Shown here in pieces: positions 34,379 through 45,605 of a stretch of DNA of 64,000 nucleotides (position 1 is its first letter; every line of letters starts with the position of its first letter). The position numbers were made by a program, and so were the translations under genes. Origin of the DNA: a virus; IMG/VR virus record IMGVR_UViG_3300032132_000004, positions 9,034 through 73,033 of that record, one strand, 5' to 3'. Below the pieces are notes generated by a model. That model was not told where the DNA came from and ran no database searches. It worked only from the letters and a program-made list of their open reading frames with translations.

Positions 34379-37300
34379 TAGTTATCCCTCGAAAGATCGA
34401 AAATTGAAGCAGATTTAAAGCCAACAGAACCGGAAGTGTCCCCTGGATATGCCTCTGCGTCTCTGTTAGCATCTGATTTAGCCCTATAAAGAGTTACCTT
34501 TTTAGGTCTGCCCGCCATACCCACACTAGCATTCTTCGCATTCGCAAAAGTATCTCCTGCTGATTCCTCTAACATACATTGTGTTGGATTCTCCTCAAGC
34601 ATCTCTGAGCAGTAGTAGAACCCATAAGTATCTAAGGTATCAAGAATACCGTCACTATTAGAATCAACTAACTTTAGAAGATCAGGATAAGCAGCACTTG
34701 CATTTATTTCTCCCGCAGGACTAGTTGGGATAATAGCGGAAAGAGGTGCTGAGCAATTGTATCCTTGAGCAAAGATTTGATATGCAGGTCCTACTACTCC
34801 ACTAAAGTTTCCAGTGTGCGGCCATGCCCCATGATTATACCCACTCAAGTCACTTTGTAGTACCTTAGCACTTGCTTTAGGCGTCCAGTAAATTCTAAAT
34901 ATTCCCTGGTTCTCGCTAGTATGTTCTGTGGCTCCCCACTTATAAGTAGTGTTTCCACTTACATGAATACCAGCTTGAGATAGCAAAACTTTCTTAGCAT
35001 TAGAGGCACCCGCCTCTAATGGATAAGATCTTCCAAAAGGAGAGTTGAAAGCAACACCTGATGGTGGAAGCCATACAGAACTTCCCGCTCCAAAAGCATC
35101 TAAAACGCTTAGTGATCCCGTATCAGGGGTTCCTGAAGGTGCTCCATGAGCTATAGCGTCCGTAGCAGAAAGCCAAATAGCACTAGGCCCGTGCCATTGC
35201 GTGTCCCCTGGGTGCATACCGCTTACGGACAAGTAAGAAGCGTTTAGCCTAGAGGTATCCGCTATGTTCCAGATACCAAACCTGTCACACTGACTACCGC
35301 TAGCATTATAATAAAAACCATCAAGAGGACTTAGGTTTGTTGCAGCAGGGAAGTGAACGTCTCTAACATTAACCACACTGCCTTGGGTTGCTCGTACACA
35401 AGTTCCCCCTTGAGTAATACTACCTAGATCATCTGATCCTGCGGTATCAATAATCTGAGATGTTTTAAAGAACCTGTTAATTCCAACAAGACTTGTGAAT
35501 ACTGGGATCGTAGGGATAGTGATTGCTCCTGTGATATTATCCAAGTCTAGGTCCCCTATTGCGGTATCGTCTTGTGGGTTAGGATAGAATTGAAGGGAAC
35601 CAGAAGCAGTATAGGTACTTGTATCGAAAACACTTGTGGGATAATCAACCCCAAGTCCTAGTGCAGCTACACCAACAGCAGCCCTAGGCCAATTGGCACC
35701 ATATGATCCTAAATCAGCCAAGTTAAGGACAGAGTTTTTATTAACAACTAGGCAAGCTCTTGTTGAATGAAGCTCTACCGAAGTATGGTTACCTCCTGAG
35801 CTTAGGTCAAAAGCACTAACCTCAAGACCAAAGGAGTCCCTAGTGCGAGCAGGTTCAATATTGATTGTAGAATTATTCTCAGCTAAAACATCAACCCCGA
35901 AGTGACCAATAGCTGTGGGGCCGTGTAAGTTGATCTCAGAGGAGTTGTTAGCATATAGGCCTGCCATCTTTTGTTGGTAAGTAAGACCAGCAGGACCGAA
36001 GACAAAGGTGCAGCCAGACCCTGTACCAAACAGGCTTACTTTAGAATTATTAGTAGCTCTAATTCCTCGACCGTAGCAAGGAACCCCAACAACTGATTCA
36101 TCAAGTCCATCAAGCCTAAGGTCAGCATGAATAAGATCTAGATTAGAACCATCATCTACCGAAATTGCTGGGAGAGAGAACTTGTTTACTCCTCCCCACT
36201 TAATTACTCCATGGGCTGTTTGGAACTTACAGTTTCCATAAGTAGTAGGCATATTATTCTTTCTCTCAACAGTAAAGGTACTGTTGCTGAGTAGGTTTAT
36301 ATGCTGCCCGTTAGCGGACATATCTAACTGTTTACGGTCGCTTTGTCCAGCAGATTGTGGAGAGGCTGGGGAATCAAAAATGAACAAGGAGTTCCTAGCC
36401 TTGATTGCTTCGTTAGAATGAGCGTCCGCACACAAGTTCTCGAATACTACCTTAGAGTTGTCAGCCTGAATACCAACACTGTTTCCGTAGACATCTAAAA
36501 GCCCTTTGGCTTTTATTTGAGAGTTAGTAAGTAAGAATCCGAAACCAGTATTTAGTTCTGAACTAATAATACTTCCCTCTAAAGAAACTGTTGGAAGAGT
36601 TCTTCTTATTCCACCAGTAAGCTTTGAGTTGTCTAGGACGAAGCCTGCGTAGTTTCTAGAAGCAATAATAGCACAGTCTACACCTGATGCGCCGTTATCC
36701 CCTACAGCAGTACTTCCTATTGCTACAGGAAGGGAGCTAACAGTTACTTCACTATTGACAGCGTGGAATCCGTATCCCTTTTCTGCCTCTCTTGTAGTGG
36801 TAGTAAGTAGATTGTAGTTTCTATATGCTGCTGCGAATCTAGAAAGAACGATCTTAGAGTTATTAAACTTGAACCCAGCTTCCTGTGCTCTAGTAGCTGT
36901 GCAGTTTTCTAGTAGCACATCAGAGTTAGTTATTTCGACTGCTATCTTCCCCGTAGTAGCTCCATCAACAAAGAAGTTTCTAACAAAGATTGGCCCATCG
37001 CAGTTCTTAACACTAATCTTGGAGCATTTATTAAAGTAAATGCTACCTCCAATATTCTCGTCAGCAGCAATATCATCTCTGGTTACTTGAGCATCACCGT
37101 CTGCTTGGTTAACAGCACTAATGTCTAGAGAGGGCAAGGAAGCATCAAGAGCATCTGCGGCAACCTCATAAGGACTAAAATCAAACCTATCGGCTGTTCC
37201 CGCTGGGATAATTGTCTGCCCTAATCCAACAGAAAGAGGAGCGGATCTTAGAATGTGCTTAGGGTAAATAGCAATATTAGAATTATTAGCCGCTCTGATA

Positions 37301-37878
37301 TCCCCTCCACCACTCAATACGTTTGTTGAAATGTGAACACAAGAAGTATCCGTCAAAGCATTACTTAGGTCCAAAGAGCTTAGTTGGTTTACAATATTAT
37401 GAGAAGAGTTTAATGCTGGAGAAACGGTGGTTTTAGCCACCGAGGATAGGTTAATAGATCTGCCGAAGTTACGATTTACAATCTCTATGGACCCACTCTC
37501 TTCGATTCGGAAATTATGTAGCTCTAACTTTCCTAGATCTCCAAAATTTCCTACTTCTACAAGTACGGGAAATCTAACCACCTTTGGGATGGATGCGATG
37601 CAAGAGCTAAGGTCTGTAAATATAGTATTGTCTGCCAACAACGTTGCTGCTGGAGTATCAGCAGATACCGTAAGAGCTAGTCCTGGGACTGCTGATGTAG
37701 GGTATCCTGCCTGCTCCCATAGCTCGTAGGTTCTTTCCTCTAGGTCATATAGGGGAAGGTTATCCTGCTCCCAGTTATAGAAACTGGAAGTGTCGTGTTT
37801 ACTAACGTATGGTGTCCAGGCGTTCCATAGCTGTACGCTTCCGCTAGTGGAGTAGTGATCGTGTTGGTTAAAAGGCAT
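34378..37878 (-). CDS. Putative tail fibre/tailspike with right-handed beta-helix
   Basis: Repeated G(F/I)x(A/L)xNS.(V/I) rungs; FTDLSSCIASIPK motif typical ahead of tailspike beta-helices. Confidence 0.72.
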   Translation of the reverse strand: MPFNQHDHYSTSGSVQLWNAWTPYVSKHDTSSFYNWEQDNLPLYDLEERTYELWEQAGYPTSAVPGLALTVSADTPAATLLADNTIFTDLSSCIASIPKVVRFPVLVEVGNFGDLGKLELHNFRIEESGSIEIVNRNFGRSINLSSVAKTTVSPALNSSHNIVNQLSSLDLSNALTDTSCVHISTNVLSGGGDIRAANNSNIAIYPKHILRSAPLSVGLGQTIIPAGTADRFDFSPYEVAADALDASLPSLDISAVNQADGDAQVTRDDIAADENIGGSIYFNKCSKISVKNCDGPIFVRNFFVDGATTGKIAVEITNSDVLLENCTATRAQEAGFKFNNSKIVLSRFAAAYRNYNLLTTTTREAEKGYGFHAVNSEVTVSSLPVAIGSTAVGDNGASGVDCAIIASRNYAGFVLDNSKLTGGIRRTLPTVSLEGSIISSELNTGFGFLLTNSQIKAKGLLDVYGNSVGIQADNSKVVFENLCADAHSNEAIKARNSLFIFDSPASPQSAGQSDRKQLDMSANGQHINLLSNSTFTVERKNNMPTTYGNCKFQTAHGVIKWGGVNKFSLPAISVDDGSNLDLIHADLRLDGLDESVVGVPCYGRGIRATNNSKVSLFGTGSGCTFVFGPAGLTYQQKMAGLYANNSSEINLHGPTAIGHFGVDVLAENNSTINIEPARTRDSFGLEVSAFDLSSGGNHTSVELHSTRACLVVNKNSVLNLADLGSYGANWPRAAVGVAALGLGVDYPTSVFDTSTYTASGSLQFYPNPQDDTAIGDLDLDNITGAITIPTIPVFTSLVGINRFFKTSQIIDTAGSDDLGSITQGGTCVRATQGSVVNVRDVHFPAATNLSPLDGFYYNASGSQCDRFGIWNIADTSRLNASYLSVSGMHPGDTQWHGPSAIWLSATDAIAHGAPSGTPDTGSLSVLDAFGAGSSVWLPPSGVAFNSPFGRSYPLEAGASNAKKVLLSQAGIHVSGNTTYKWGATEHTSENQGIFRIYWTPKASAKVLQSDLSGYNHGAWPHTGNFSGVVGPAYQIFAQGYNCSAPLSAIIPTSPAGEINASAAYPDLLKLVDSNSDGILDTLDTYGFYYCSEMLEENPTQCMLEESAGDTFANAKNASVGMAGRPKKVTLYRAKSDANRDAEAYPGDTSGSVGFKSASIFDLSRDN

Positions 37879-38498
37879 TAGAAGTTAATTGTCCACCTAA
37901 ATATTAAGCTGAAGTCGCTCGTTTTGTAGATATTAGAGAAGGTTCTATATGCTACTAGGATGGGCCTATCGTCAGCATTTCCAGTAGGATTCTTCATAAG
38001 CAATCCTACCTCGTTTATATTAGCATCAAGAGAGTCTCTCTCTAAACCATTACAGGCTTCTTCATCTACAACCAAAGTGTATCTAACAGAAGCTTCTCCT
38101 ATCTTTGTACGTTTACTTGCAGGAATAAGAGCGGCATAAGTCTCTGTTAAGGTAGTATTTGTTAACTGATCTTTCACATCAATGAAAAGGTTACTACCAG
38201 CACCCCATTCATCAACAGACGTTAAAGACCCAGAAAGCTCATAAATAGCACTAGTAGCCCCTCCTGTGGGAGGACCAGATACGCCTACTTGAAACCTATC
38301 AATCTGGTAGTCTAGGACAGAGTTTGATCCTGAGCCTGTAAACATATAGGTTAGGCCTACACCCATACCTGAAACAATTATGTTGTGGTCATCGAATACA
38401 ACTTCTTCCTGACCATCTGTATATCGCTTAGAGATGGTTAGGTGTCCGTTAATACCCAATTCTTCTGTAAAGTTTTTCATAGGAAGTGCAGTCTCCAC
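37878..38498 (-). CDS. Baseplate wedge / fibre-attachment subunit
   Basis: NIIVSG...INEVGL...LVAYRTF..IYKTSDFSLIFRWTINF, a pattern typical of myovirus peripheral wedge proteins. Confidence 0.7.
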   Translation of the reverse strand: METALPMKNFTEELGINGHLTISKRYTDGQEEVVFDDHNIIVSGMGVGLTYMFTGSGSNSVLDYQIDRFQVGVSGPPTGGATSAIYELSGSLTSVDEWGAGSNLFIDVKDQLTNTTLTETYAALIPASKRTKIGEASVRYTLVVDEEACNGLERDSLDANINEVGLLMKNPTGNADDRPILVAYRTFSNIYKTSDFSLIFRWTINF

Positions 38499-39604
38499 TT
38501 AATTGTTAAGTCTGTGTATTGTCTTTGTCCTGAGATGGATCCATTATCATTTATGTAACATAGATTCTTGGATAAGCCTTTGCGGGCAAAAAGTTTGTAT
38601 TTCCTAGGATTATTTAGTACACTAAACGAGAAGGGTGGAGTATTTCCGTTTAGAAGAGATTGCTTAATATTAATAGCCCAAAGACCTAAATGATATATTC
38701 CCCCAAAAGCATTAGCGTAGCCTACATCTCCTGCTGCCAAAGTAACACTGTACTCCACAATACCATCAGTAGCGAAAGTAGAGTTAGCCGACATACAGAG
38801 CCCACTATAAGTGCTAGACATAGAGTAAGAGGCGTCTGGGACACTAGACATTATCATATTTACAAACCCAGAGACATCCATAGAGCTTACTTCATTAAAC
38901 ACCCCAGCCCGAAATTGGGGAGAATACAAAGCAGTTGGGTTGCCGTCTACAAACACAAAATGCCTGTTTGTATTTCCAAACAAACCACTACTTCCATCAG
39001 GAAAAGCCCCCATAAGTATACCTACAGCAACAGCAGAGGTAGTACTTGAAAAAACAGTAGGCTCCATCAAAGCACTTAATATAGCAGAAGGCATGAAATT
39101 AGTTAACTGTCCGTTGCCTGGAAATATGGAACTTACTGCCGTTCCTCCTACTACAGAAGAGATAGAAGTGTCTTCTTCTAGAACTGTTAGCATAGGATCA
39201 GGAGGAACAGGCAACCCAACCACAGGATGATAAGATTTTCCCTCTACAATATTATTATTCCCGCTTAAATCATCAATACTGGATAACCAAACAATGGAAG
39301 GTAGAGCGTTTGCTGCCGTGACTGTAACGGAAGGGATAGCTTCATCAACTAAGTAGTTTTCTTTATATTGGTCTAATGCATGAGCATTAGATAAGAAGGC
39401 ATCCTTACCTGTACCGAAGGAAATAGCTTGGATAGTGTAGTTAGAGGAATCTAATATAGAGGAGGTAGCTGTATCTGTAATACCAGATAAGGAAGGAGAG
39501 ACTGTCATAATGTCAGCCAATAGCTCACCAGCACCATCAACAAGCATGTTAGGTTCTCTTGATACTAAAGTATCTCCTCTCCAAATTTCTACTTCACCTC
39601 TCAT
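38477..39604 (-). CDS. Baseplate wedge subunit, paralogue of the downstream gene with insertions
   Basis: GEVEI...NMLVDG...ISFG...YSVTL...IYHLGL...LFARK...LTIKWRLHF. Confidence 0.65.
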   Translation of the reverse strand: MRGEVEIWRGDTLVSREPNMLVDGAGELLADIMTVSPSLSGITDTATSSILDSSNYTIQAISFGTGKDAFLSNAHALDQYKENYLVDEAIPSVTVTAANALPSIVWLSSIDDLSGNNNIVEGKSYHPVVGLPVPPDPMLTVLEEDTSISSVVGGTAVSSIFPGNGQLTNFMPSAILSALMEPTVFSSTTSAVAVGILMGAFPDGSSGLFGNTNRHFVFVDGNPTALYSPQFRAGVFNEVSSMDVSGFVNMIMSSVPDASYSMSSTYSGLCMSANSTFATDGIVEYSVTLAAGDVGYANAFGGIYHLGLWAINIKQSLLNGNTPPFSFSVLNNPRKYKLFARKGLSKNLCYINDNGSISGQRQYTDLTIKWRLHFL

Positions 39605-42600
39605 TAGTTATCAAACTCCAAGCTCTCATAATTATTGTAACTTGGTTGTTTTACATACCCAGCAGTCCAATCAGGAGCAGTTCTGTAATTCAATCTACTT
39701 CCTCCGCTAACCTCTAAAGTACCTGAGGTAAGTGTAGCGTCTCTAGAGGCTAAGCTAGTAGCGTATACCCCAGTCCCTAGTCCTGCTAATCCATTATAGA
39801 ACTTTAAAATATCTCTAAGTTGGTCTTTATCTAGGTAAAGTTTATCCTCTTTAACAAAGGGGCGTAAAGGTATTCCGCTAGTCTGTACTCCATGTCCTGC
39901 TCCTATAGCAGCATTCTCTCTCTGAGTAACATCTTGGAATTCTATAGAGTCTATAAGAAGATATTTACGTGAATTATTATTTGGGAGGAAAAAGATCTCA
40001 ATAATGTAATTAGTATCGTCTCTATTTACTTGCTCCCTCAACTTGTAAAAATCATCCTTCATAGGAATAATATCCAAGTACTCAAAGTTATTGTTGATAG
40101 TAAAGTTCCTAGTATCGAACTCTACCGTAAAGTTTTCAAAATACTTATCCTTTATATTATTAAGAGAGGTATCATTAATATCTTGGAAGGAATCGGAGGT
40201 ATTTCCTAAGCAGTACTCTTTGGTAGAAACATCAGGAGTTTTTATATCAAAGGTGTACTTATGAGCTAGACTATCCTTCACTAAGGGGAGAGAAAGTCTG
40301 GACTCTTCTGTTATTTCCCACTTCTGCTTAGGTGTCCATGACCATACAAACCCGTCAGTAGGCTGGGTGTGAATCCAAACTCCTATCTTGCCTCCTCCTA
40401 GGATGGGCTCATTCTCATCAGCCACAAGAGATTTAATGTCTAACTTGAACTTGTGATCCTTGATAAAGTAGTTTCTTCTGTCCCCGTAAGAGGAAAGATC
40501 AAACCTGATTCTAGGTAACCCTCCTACAGACTTACACTTTATTACTGTATTGTTTATTAGGAAGTTGTCTTTCTCAGGTACAAGGAAGGATGGATCTAAT
40601 TTAAAGATAGTGAACTGGTTACCAGAAGGAGCACCAGAGAGATCACAGAACTCTAACCCACTAAGGATATGAGGATTCCTATAGTCTGCGTTATTAATAT
40701 TACCAGATACCCAAGAGCCAGATAAGGGGATAACTGACTGGCCTGCATCACTAGCGATGAAGGTTCCATTAGCTGTACTGTTCCACACGTTAGAGGCATT
40801 AATTGCACTAGCCCCTATAGTGCTAGAGGTGATCATATTACCAACAGCAGAGCCTGCTAGTGCAAAATCACAATTGTATAACCCAGTACCGAAGACTTGT
40901 GCGAATATATTTCCTCCAGTCTTCTCAACCTCATTCAACCCAAGGACATGCTTACTAAAATATTTACAGTAATCCCTATGAGTTTCCTGCAAGCCTGTAC
41001 CAAAACTAAAATTCTCATAATCCGCAAAAGAGTTTAGGACAAAACCACTAGCTATAGCTTCGTTGGCAAAGCTTTGCCTGTTGTTCTTCCAATAGGCGTC
41101 CTCTTCAACAGAGCTTGGGTTCATATTAATCTGTTCGTTAGCGTAGTCTAGGGCTTTAGCCTCAAACAACTTATGCATAGTTGCGTAAAGAGTAGGAACC
41201 TGTCCTCTATCAATATACCTAGCTGTGGCAGAAGCCTCCTCAGACATCTTACTGTTTGAGCCTAGAGCGGATAAGCCCCTATAAGGAAAAGTAGCACTAG
41301 TATACACTCCTGAAAACTGCCGTGTAGAAGTGAGTTTTTCACACTCATGCCACACTCCAGAAGGATTTACATGATCTTCGATTGGGAAAAACTTACCTGC
41401 CGAGGCCACGTAACCCAGAGTTAATTCTCCTAAGGAGGAGGGCATGGAATTCTCAAGTGTAGAGGGATCATAACTAACAGGCCCATTAAACCCTGTCCTG
41501 TCGTAGTAGCCTTCATGAGGGAGAAGGTACTTAAGGTTACGTCTCCGCATAGCTCTCCTTGCTACACTCCCTAAAGAAGCTACAGAAGCGGTAGAGGAAA
41601 CCATAGGATCAAGGATAGCATCAACACTGGCTCTCTTAAAAGTGTTAGCCCCGTTTCTACCACCGCTAGAATCTGTGTTGTTATCTCCCCCACCAGAATC
41701 AAATGTCATTGGTACACCGCTGTACTCAAAATTACCTAACACCGAAGCAGAAGTATAACTAGCCCTGGTATCATCATGGTCAAAACCGAGGTACTCATAC
41801 TTAGTACTAGACATAGAGAAATCATCAGACGCACTGGCATTTAGGTTTACTCTAGTAATAGCATGAGCAGGGGCAAACTCACGGGCTGTTCTAGCAGCCT
41901 CGTACAGAGCATACTTTCCATCTCCCTCTAGAGTTGTCTTATTAAAATCAAAATCTGTATTATCAAAATCAATAAAGAGATGTGAGGACTTTCCACTCCA
42001 AAGATTAAGAAGGTTCTTCTCGTAATCGGAAATGCTAAGCATTACATTATTGAAATTAGGAGCAACTTGTACGGAACTAAAGAGCATTAAGAACTCATTC
42101 AAAGATCCTATATTTGTATCATCCGTTACTGCGCTGCTAAGCACATAATCCCCAACACTATCGGCAAAGGTATCTTCTACTTTGAAGCATTTAAGACGAG
42201 ACACAAGAAACTTTACTAAGTCTGCGGTAACAGTACAGTCTCTATAGTACTTGATCTCCTCAAAAGGAGGCATTGGGTAGTTGTTTCTGTTTCTGTAATT
42301 GAATAAAAACTCAATAGACCCAGAAGGCTTTAAGTATACTGGGCGCTCCCCTGTTTTGGGGTGGTCCGCTCCTGCCATATAAACACCGTAGCCTAAAGGT
42401 CCGTGTCCTGTAGCTGCTTCGAATGCTTTACCCTCATCGAAAAGCTTAGCATCCTGTTTGTATGCTTGGAACCCAGGATCAGTTTCTAGGTGACCATGAA
42501 AAGCTTTCATTCCAGGCTCGCCTACGATAGTATACCTTTCGACCTCACACCCATCATTATCAACAACAAAAAGCTCAGGAACTTGGAACTTATCCCCGTG

Positions 42601-44019
42601 GAATAAGAAGTTCTCAGGGAACTCTTTGTACATATCCAATAGGATTGAATCTGTAACTATCCTAAGGTTTTCTTCTAAACTACTTGTACTGTAAGAGAAT
42701 ACCCCAGCTTCTGCTGCTAAGGCAGGAGTCCAAGTATTTAGATTGTGAAATAAAGGAGACTCTGTTCCTAAAGAGTACCAAATTAAGTGAGGGATGTAGG
42801 ACTCCCAAAGCTCTTGAACACTACCAGACACATCAAAAACAGAATCAACAATAAGAGCATTAATAGCTGCTTGAATTGCTGCAATAGTACCTGATTGTTT
42901 GTATAAATCTAAAGCCAACCGTAGCTGGTGTCTCCACTTAGAAGAAGAGTTTCCTCTTAGCCTAAACCCTATTAGGTCTGCAATGTACTGAAGGTGTTCT
43001 TCTTTTACATTCTCTATATCATAGATTAGACTTATGTTCTCTATCTCATCCTGCATGTCAGTAAGAGAGAAGCCAAGGATGTTAGAGAACTTTCTGTGTG
43101 GTCCTTTAGATGTGCGATCTACTAAGGACAAAGTAGAATCTATATAACTATCAAAAGAGTCTCTAACTGTAAAGTCCTGCTGGTCTATGTACAGAGGAGA
43201 ATAGACAACATCAATCATTGTCTTTAGTGCTTCTAGTCTTTGTGTGCCACTAGTATACGTTGCAACAAGGCCTGCACTAGTATCTACAATACTGTCTGCG
43301 GTTCCTGATACGAAGTCCTCTGGGATGTATCCTCCGAAAGAACAAGCAGTGTAGTTTCTCCAAAGATACTCAGTAAATCCTTTAACCCCATCAACGGTTT
43401 CTAGATCTTTTCCTAGGTACACGGAGTTGAGGGAATCTAAAACAAAACTTGAAGGAGAGTAGGTGAGTCCTCCATCAGCAGAAGTGTTTAGGAAGTAGAA
43501 CCACCCTAAAGTATCTACTAGGTAGTTATGAACACTACTAGCATTTACATCTCCAGTTAAAGCCGATAGGGTTGTTATATTTGCTTGTATAGGATCTACC
43601 TGAGTACTAGTAGAAGGGATTATCATCGGCAGCAAGGTGGCCGACAAGTAAGTATTAAAATCCGCACTAGTGTCGTAGTTAGCAATAGAGGTTCCCAGGG
43701 GGATAAGTATCTTGCTTTCTAAAAGGTAGGGGTTGATCTTTGTTAGTTCGTTCTGCTTAACGAAGTACTGAGAAATACCATTGATGGTTCCTAAGGAGCT
43801 AGTTTGGGAATTAGCTACACTTGATAAAGAAAGGACAGAGGAAATGTTATCAGCAACAAGTAGATGAGAGTTAATTACTTGTGAGATAGGATTAATCTCT
43901 GTACCGCTAAGAGTTACATCCTCACTCCTATACACCTCAGGAGTAATTAGCTCAATGAGGTCTATAAGGTTAGTCTTGAAGTACTTCCTCGGATCAGATG
44001 AATACTTATTAAATCCCAT
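39604..44019 (-). CDS. Large baseplate wedge protein (gp7 / P2 gpI-like domain)
   Basis: YDIENVKEEHLQYIADLIGF...WRHQL..ALDLYKQSGT..AI (Tail_P2_I-like) and REFAPAH; follows gp6. Confidence 0.8.
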   Translation of the reverse strand: MGFNKYSSDPRKYFKTNLIDLIELITPEVYRSEDVTLSGTEINPISQVINSHLLVADNISSVLSLSSVANSQTSSLGTINGISQYFVKQNELTKINPYLLESKILIPLGTSIANYDTSADFNTYLSATLLPMIIPSTSTQVDPIQANITTLSALTGDVNASSVHNYLVDTLGWFYFLNTSADGGLTYSPSSFVLDSLNSVYLGKDLETVDGVKGFTEYLWRNYTACSFGGYIPEDFVSGTADSIVDTSAGLVATYTSGTQRLEALKTMIDVVYSPLYIDQQDFTVRDSFDSYIDSTLSLVDRTSKGPHRKFSNILGFSLTDMQDEIENISLIYDIENVKEEHLQYIADLIGFRLRGNSSSKWRHQLRLALDLYKQSGTIAAIQAAINALIVDSVFDVSGSVQELWESYIPHLIWYSLGTESPLFHNLNTWTPALAAEAGVFSYSTSSLEENLRIVTDSILLDMYKEFPENFLFHGDKFQVPELFVVDNDGCEVERYTIVGEPGMKAFHGHLETDPGFQAYKQDAKLFDEGKAFEAATGHGPLGYGVYMAGADHPKTGERPVYLKPSGSIEFLFNYRNRNNYPMPPFEEIKYYRDCTVTADLVKFLVSRLKCFKVEDTFADSVGDYVLSSAVTDDTNIGSLNEFLMLFSSVQVAPNFNNVMLSISDYEKNLLNLWSGKSSHLFIDFDNTDFDFNKTTLEGDGKYALYEAARTAREFAPAHAITRVNLNASASDDFSMSSTKYEYLGFDHDDTRASYTSASVLGNFEYSGVPMTFDSGGGDNNTDSSGGRNGANTFKRASVDAILDPMVSSTASVASLGSVARRAMRRRNLKYLLPHEGYYDRTGFNGPVSYDPSTLENSMPSSLGELTLGYVASAGKFFPIEDHVNPSGVWHECEKLTSTRQFSGVYTSATFPYRGLSALGSNSKMSEEASATARYIDRGQVPTLYATMHKLFEAKALDYANEQINMNPSSVEEDAYWKNNRQSFANEAIASGFVLNSFADYENFSFGTGLQETHRDYCKYFSKHVLGLNEVEKTGGNIFAQVFGTGLYNCDFALAGSAVGNMITSSTIGASAINASNVWNSTANGTFIASDAGQSVIPLSGSWVSGNINNADYRNPHILSGLEFCDLSGAPSGNQFTIFKLDPSFLVPEKDNFLINNTVIKCKSVGGLPRIRFDLSSYGDRRNYFIKDHKFKLDIKSLVADENEPILGGGKIGVWIHTQPTDGFVWSWTPKQKWEITEESRLSLPLVKDSLAHKYTFDIKTPDVSTKEYCLGNTSDSFQDINDTSLNNIKDKYFENFTVEFDTRNFTINNNFEYLDIIPMKDDFYKLREQVNRDDTNYIIEIFFLPNNNSRKYLLIDSIEFQDVTQRENAAIGAGHGVQTSGIPLRPFVKEDKLYLDKDQLRDILKFYNGLAGLGTGVYATSLASRDATLTSGTLEVSGGSRLNYRTAPDWTAGYVKQPSYNNYESLEFDN

Positions 44020-45605
44020 TACTCTATTAGTTCTACATTAATCGTTAGATTGTTTAATTGAATGATCTCATTGAAATCAATTGTAATATCTTGTCCTACG
44101 TTGTCAATAGTGGAAATACGAACCTCGTCCACCTCAAAGATCTGCCTATTTATCTCTGATACTCTAAAGTCCTCACCGAACTCTTTGTTGTCAACATTCA
44201 TATAGGTGAGTATCTTATCTCTTACCTTAGCTTTGATTCGATCTTGGTTCTCTTCATTCTCCCTGTCAATACGAATGGTAGTAACCAAGTCCAAGGTTCT
44301 GATAAGACCATCGACAATTACAATATCATCAGTTGCCATCTTTTTAGCGTTTATACCAGTTAGCAACTGTGTTTTAAATGCCGTAGTAGCTCTTTGTAAT
44401 TGAAAGTCCGAGGCTTTCTCTAGGACGTAGATATCAATAACATTTGCTGAGGAGTAAGCTTTCCTAGTAGCAGCAGTAGCTTTTCCTACGGTACCAAAGG
44501 TACTAATAAAAGTATTAGCGTATACTGAGTAATCCTCTAAAGTAACTAATCGGTCCTGGCGTCTAAAGTTTAGAGGAGCATATCTCTTGGCATGTTCGAT
44601 TGTTTCTGCGTTAGACCCTCCTGTACCTTTGGACGTATTGGTAACTGTTGCTGTGTTAGGTAAACTGTTAGTAGTCGTAACTAGACTAGCATTGATCGAA
44701 TCTCTACCAATGTTTCCTCTAGTGCCTCCACCTACTCTGTAGAATGCAGTATAATCAGAAGTGCTATCAGGAGAGACTCCAACACTTCCATCTCCGAATA
44801 CTATAGTGGCTTTGTAGTCATCATCGTATACCACTTCAAAGATTTTATCAGAGGAGCCAGAAGCAAAGAAAACACTAGGCACTTCTGTAAATGCTCCGTT
44901 CTTTGCAGCACTTGGGCCTGTGGTAAATACCTGCACGCTTCCTTCTACTACGGGTCCGTTAGTTAACTTGATAGTCTTAACTCCCTCTGTGGCAGCGAAG
45001 GAGCCAGCATCCTGAACCAAAGCCCCTTCTTGCATTACTACGTTTTCAAAAACTATCCCACCACCAGCTTCGGACTCGGCTAGCATTAGTTCGATCTCTC
45101 CCGATTGGTTAACAAGATCAACTAAACCATTAACTACCTTATAAAGAGTAAAAGTTAAGGCTCCTCCGTCCTCAGGAGAAACAGTTTCAATTACTCTTTG
45201 AGCAGGAGTAAGCTTCATTAAACCTGTTACTGCAATATCTGAAATTATTTTAGCATCAGCGGCGGCGGAAAGAGGGCCTTTCATTCTAACACCTATAAGC
45301 TCTAAAAGCTTCTTAACACTAGAGCGTTGATTGGCTGTAGCGAGGAAGTTCTCATTAGCAAGCATGTCAGCCTTCATGGACATAACAGATCCCATATAAG
45401 AAACAAGCTCTATAAACATCATCCCTAGATCAGACTCTACAAAATATTTATAATCGTTTGGATAAACTGCCTTGGCATAAGCTATGAGAGACTGGCGTAG
45501 TGTGGAGAAATCCGTTGCAGCAAAATTGATTAGAGAAGGCCTCTTTAGAAGAGGAACATCTGCTAATTTCATAAAGTCTGATGTAATTGTTCCAGAAAAG
45601 TTCAT
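44019..45605 (-). CDS. gp6: Baseplate wedge subunit (T4 gp6 / baseplate J-like)
   Basis: DFSTLRQSL..Y, ESDLG..FIEL, NENFLATA.QR.SV, FGDG..G, YRVGGG..GN, GG..AET, QDRLVTLEDY. Confidence 0.93.
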   Translation of the reverse strand: MNFSGTITSDFMKLADVPLLKRPSLINFAATDFSTLRQSLIAYAKAVYPNDYKYFVESDLGMMFIELVSYMGSVMSMKADMLANENFLATANQRSSVKKLLELIGVRMKGPLSAAADAKIISDIAVTGLMKLTPAQRVIETVSPEDGGALTFTLYKVVNGLVDLVNQSGEIELMLAESEAGGGIVFENVVMQEGALVQDAGSFAATEGVKTIKLTNGPVVEGSVQVFTTGPSAAKNGAFTEVPSVFFASGSSDKIFEVVYDDDYKATIVFGDGSVGVSPDSTSDYTAFYRVGGGTRGNIGRDSINASLVTTTNSLPNTATVTNTSKGTGGSNAETIEHAKRYAPLNFRRQDRLVTLEDYSVYANTFISTFGTVGKATAATRKAYSSANVIDIYVLEKASDFQLQRATTAFKTQLLTGINAKKMATDDIVIVDGLIRTLDLVTTIRIDRENEENQDRIKAKVRDKILTYMNVDNKEFGEDFRVSEINRQIFEVDEVRISTIDNVGQDITIDFNEIIQLNNLTINVELIE

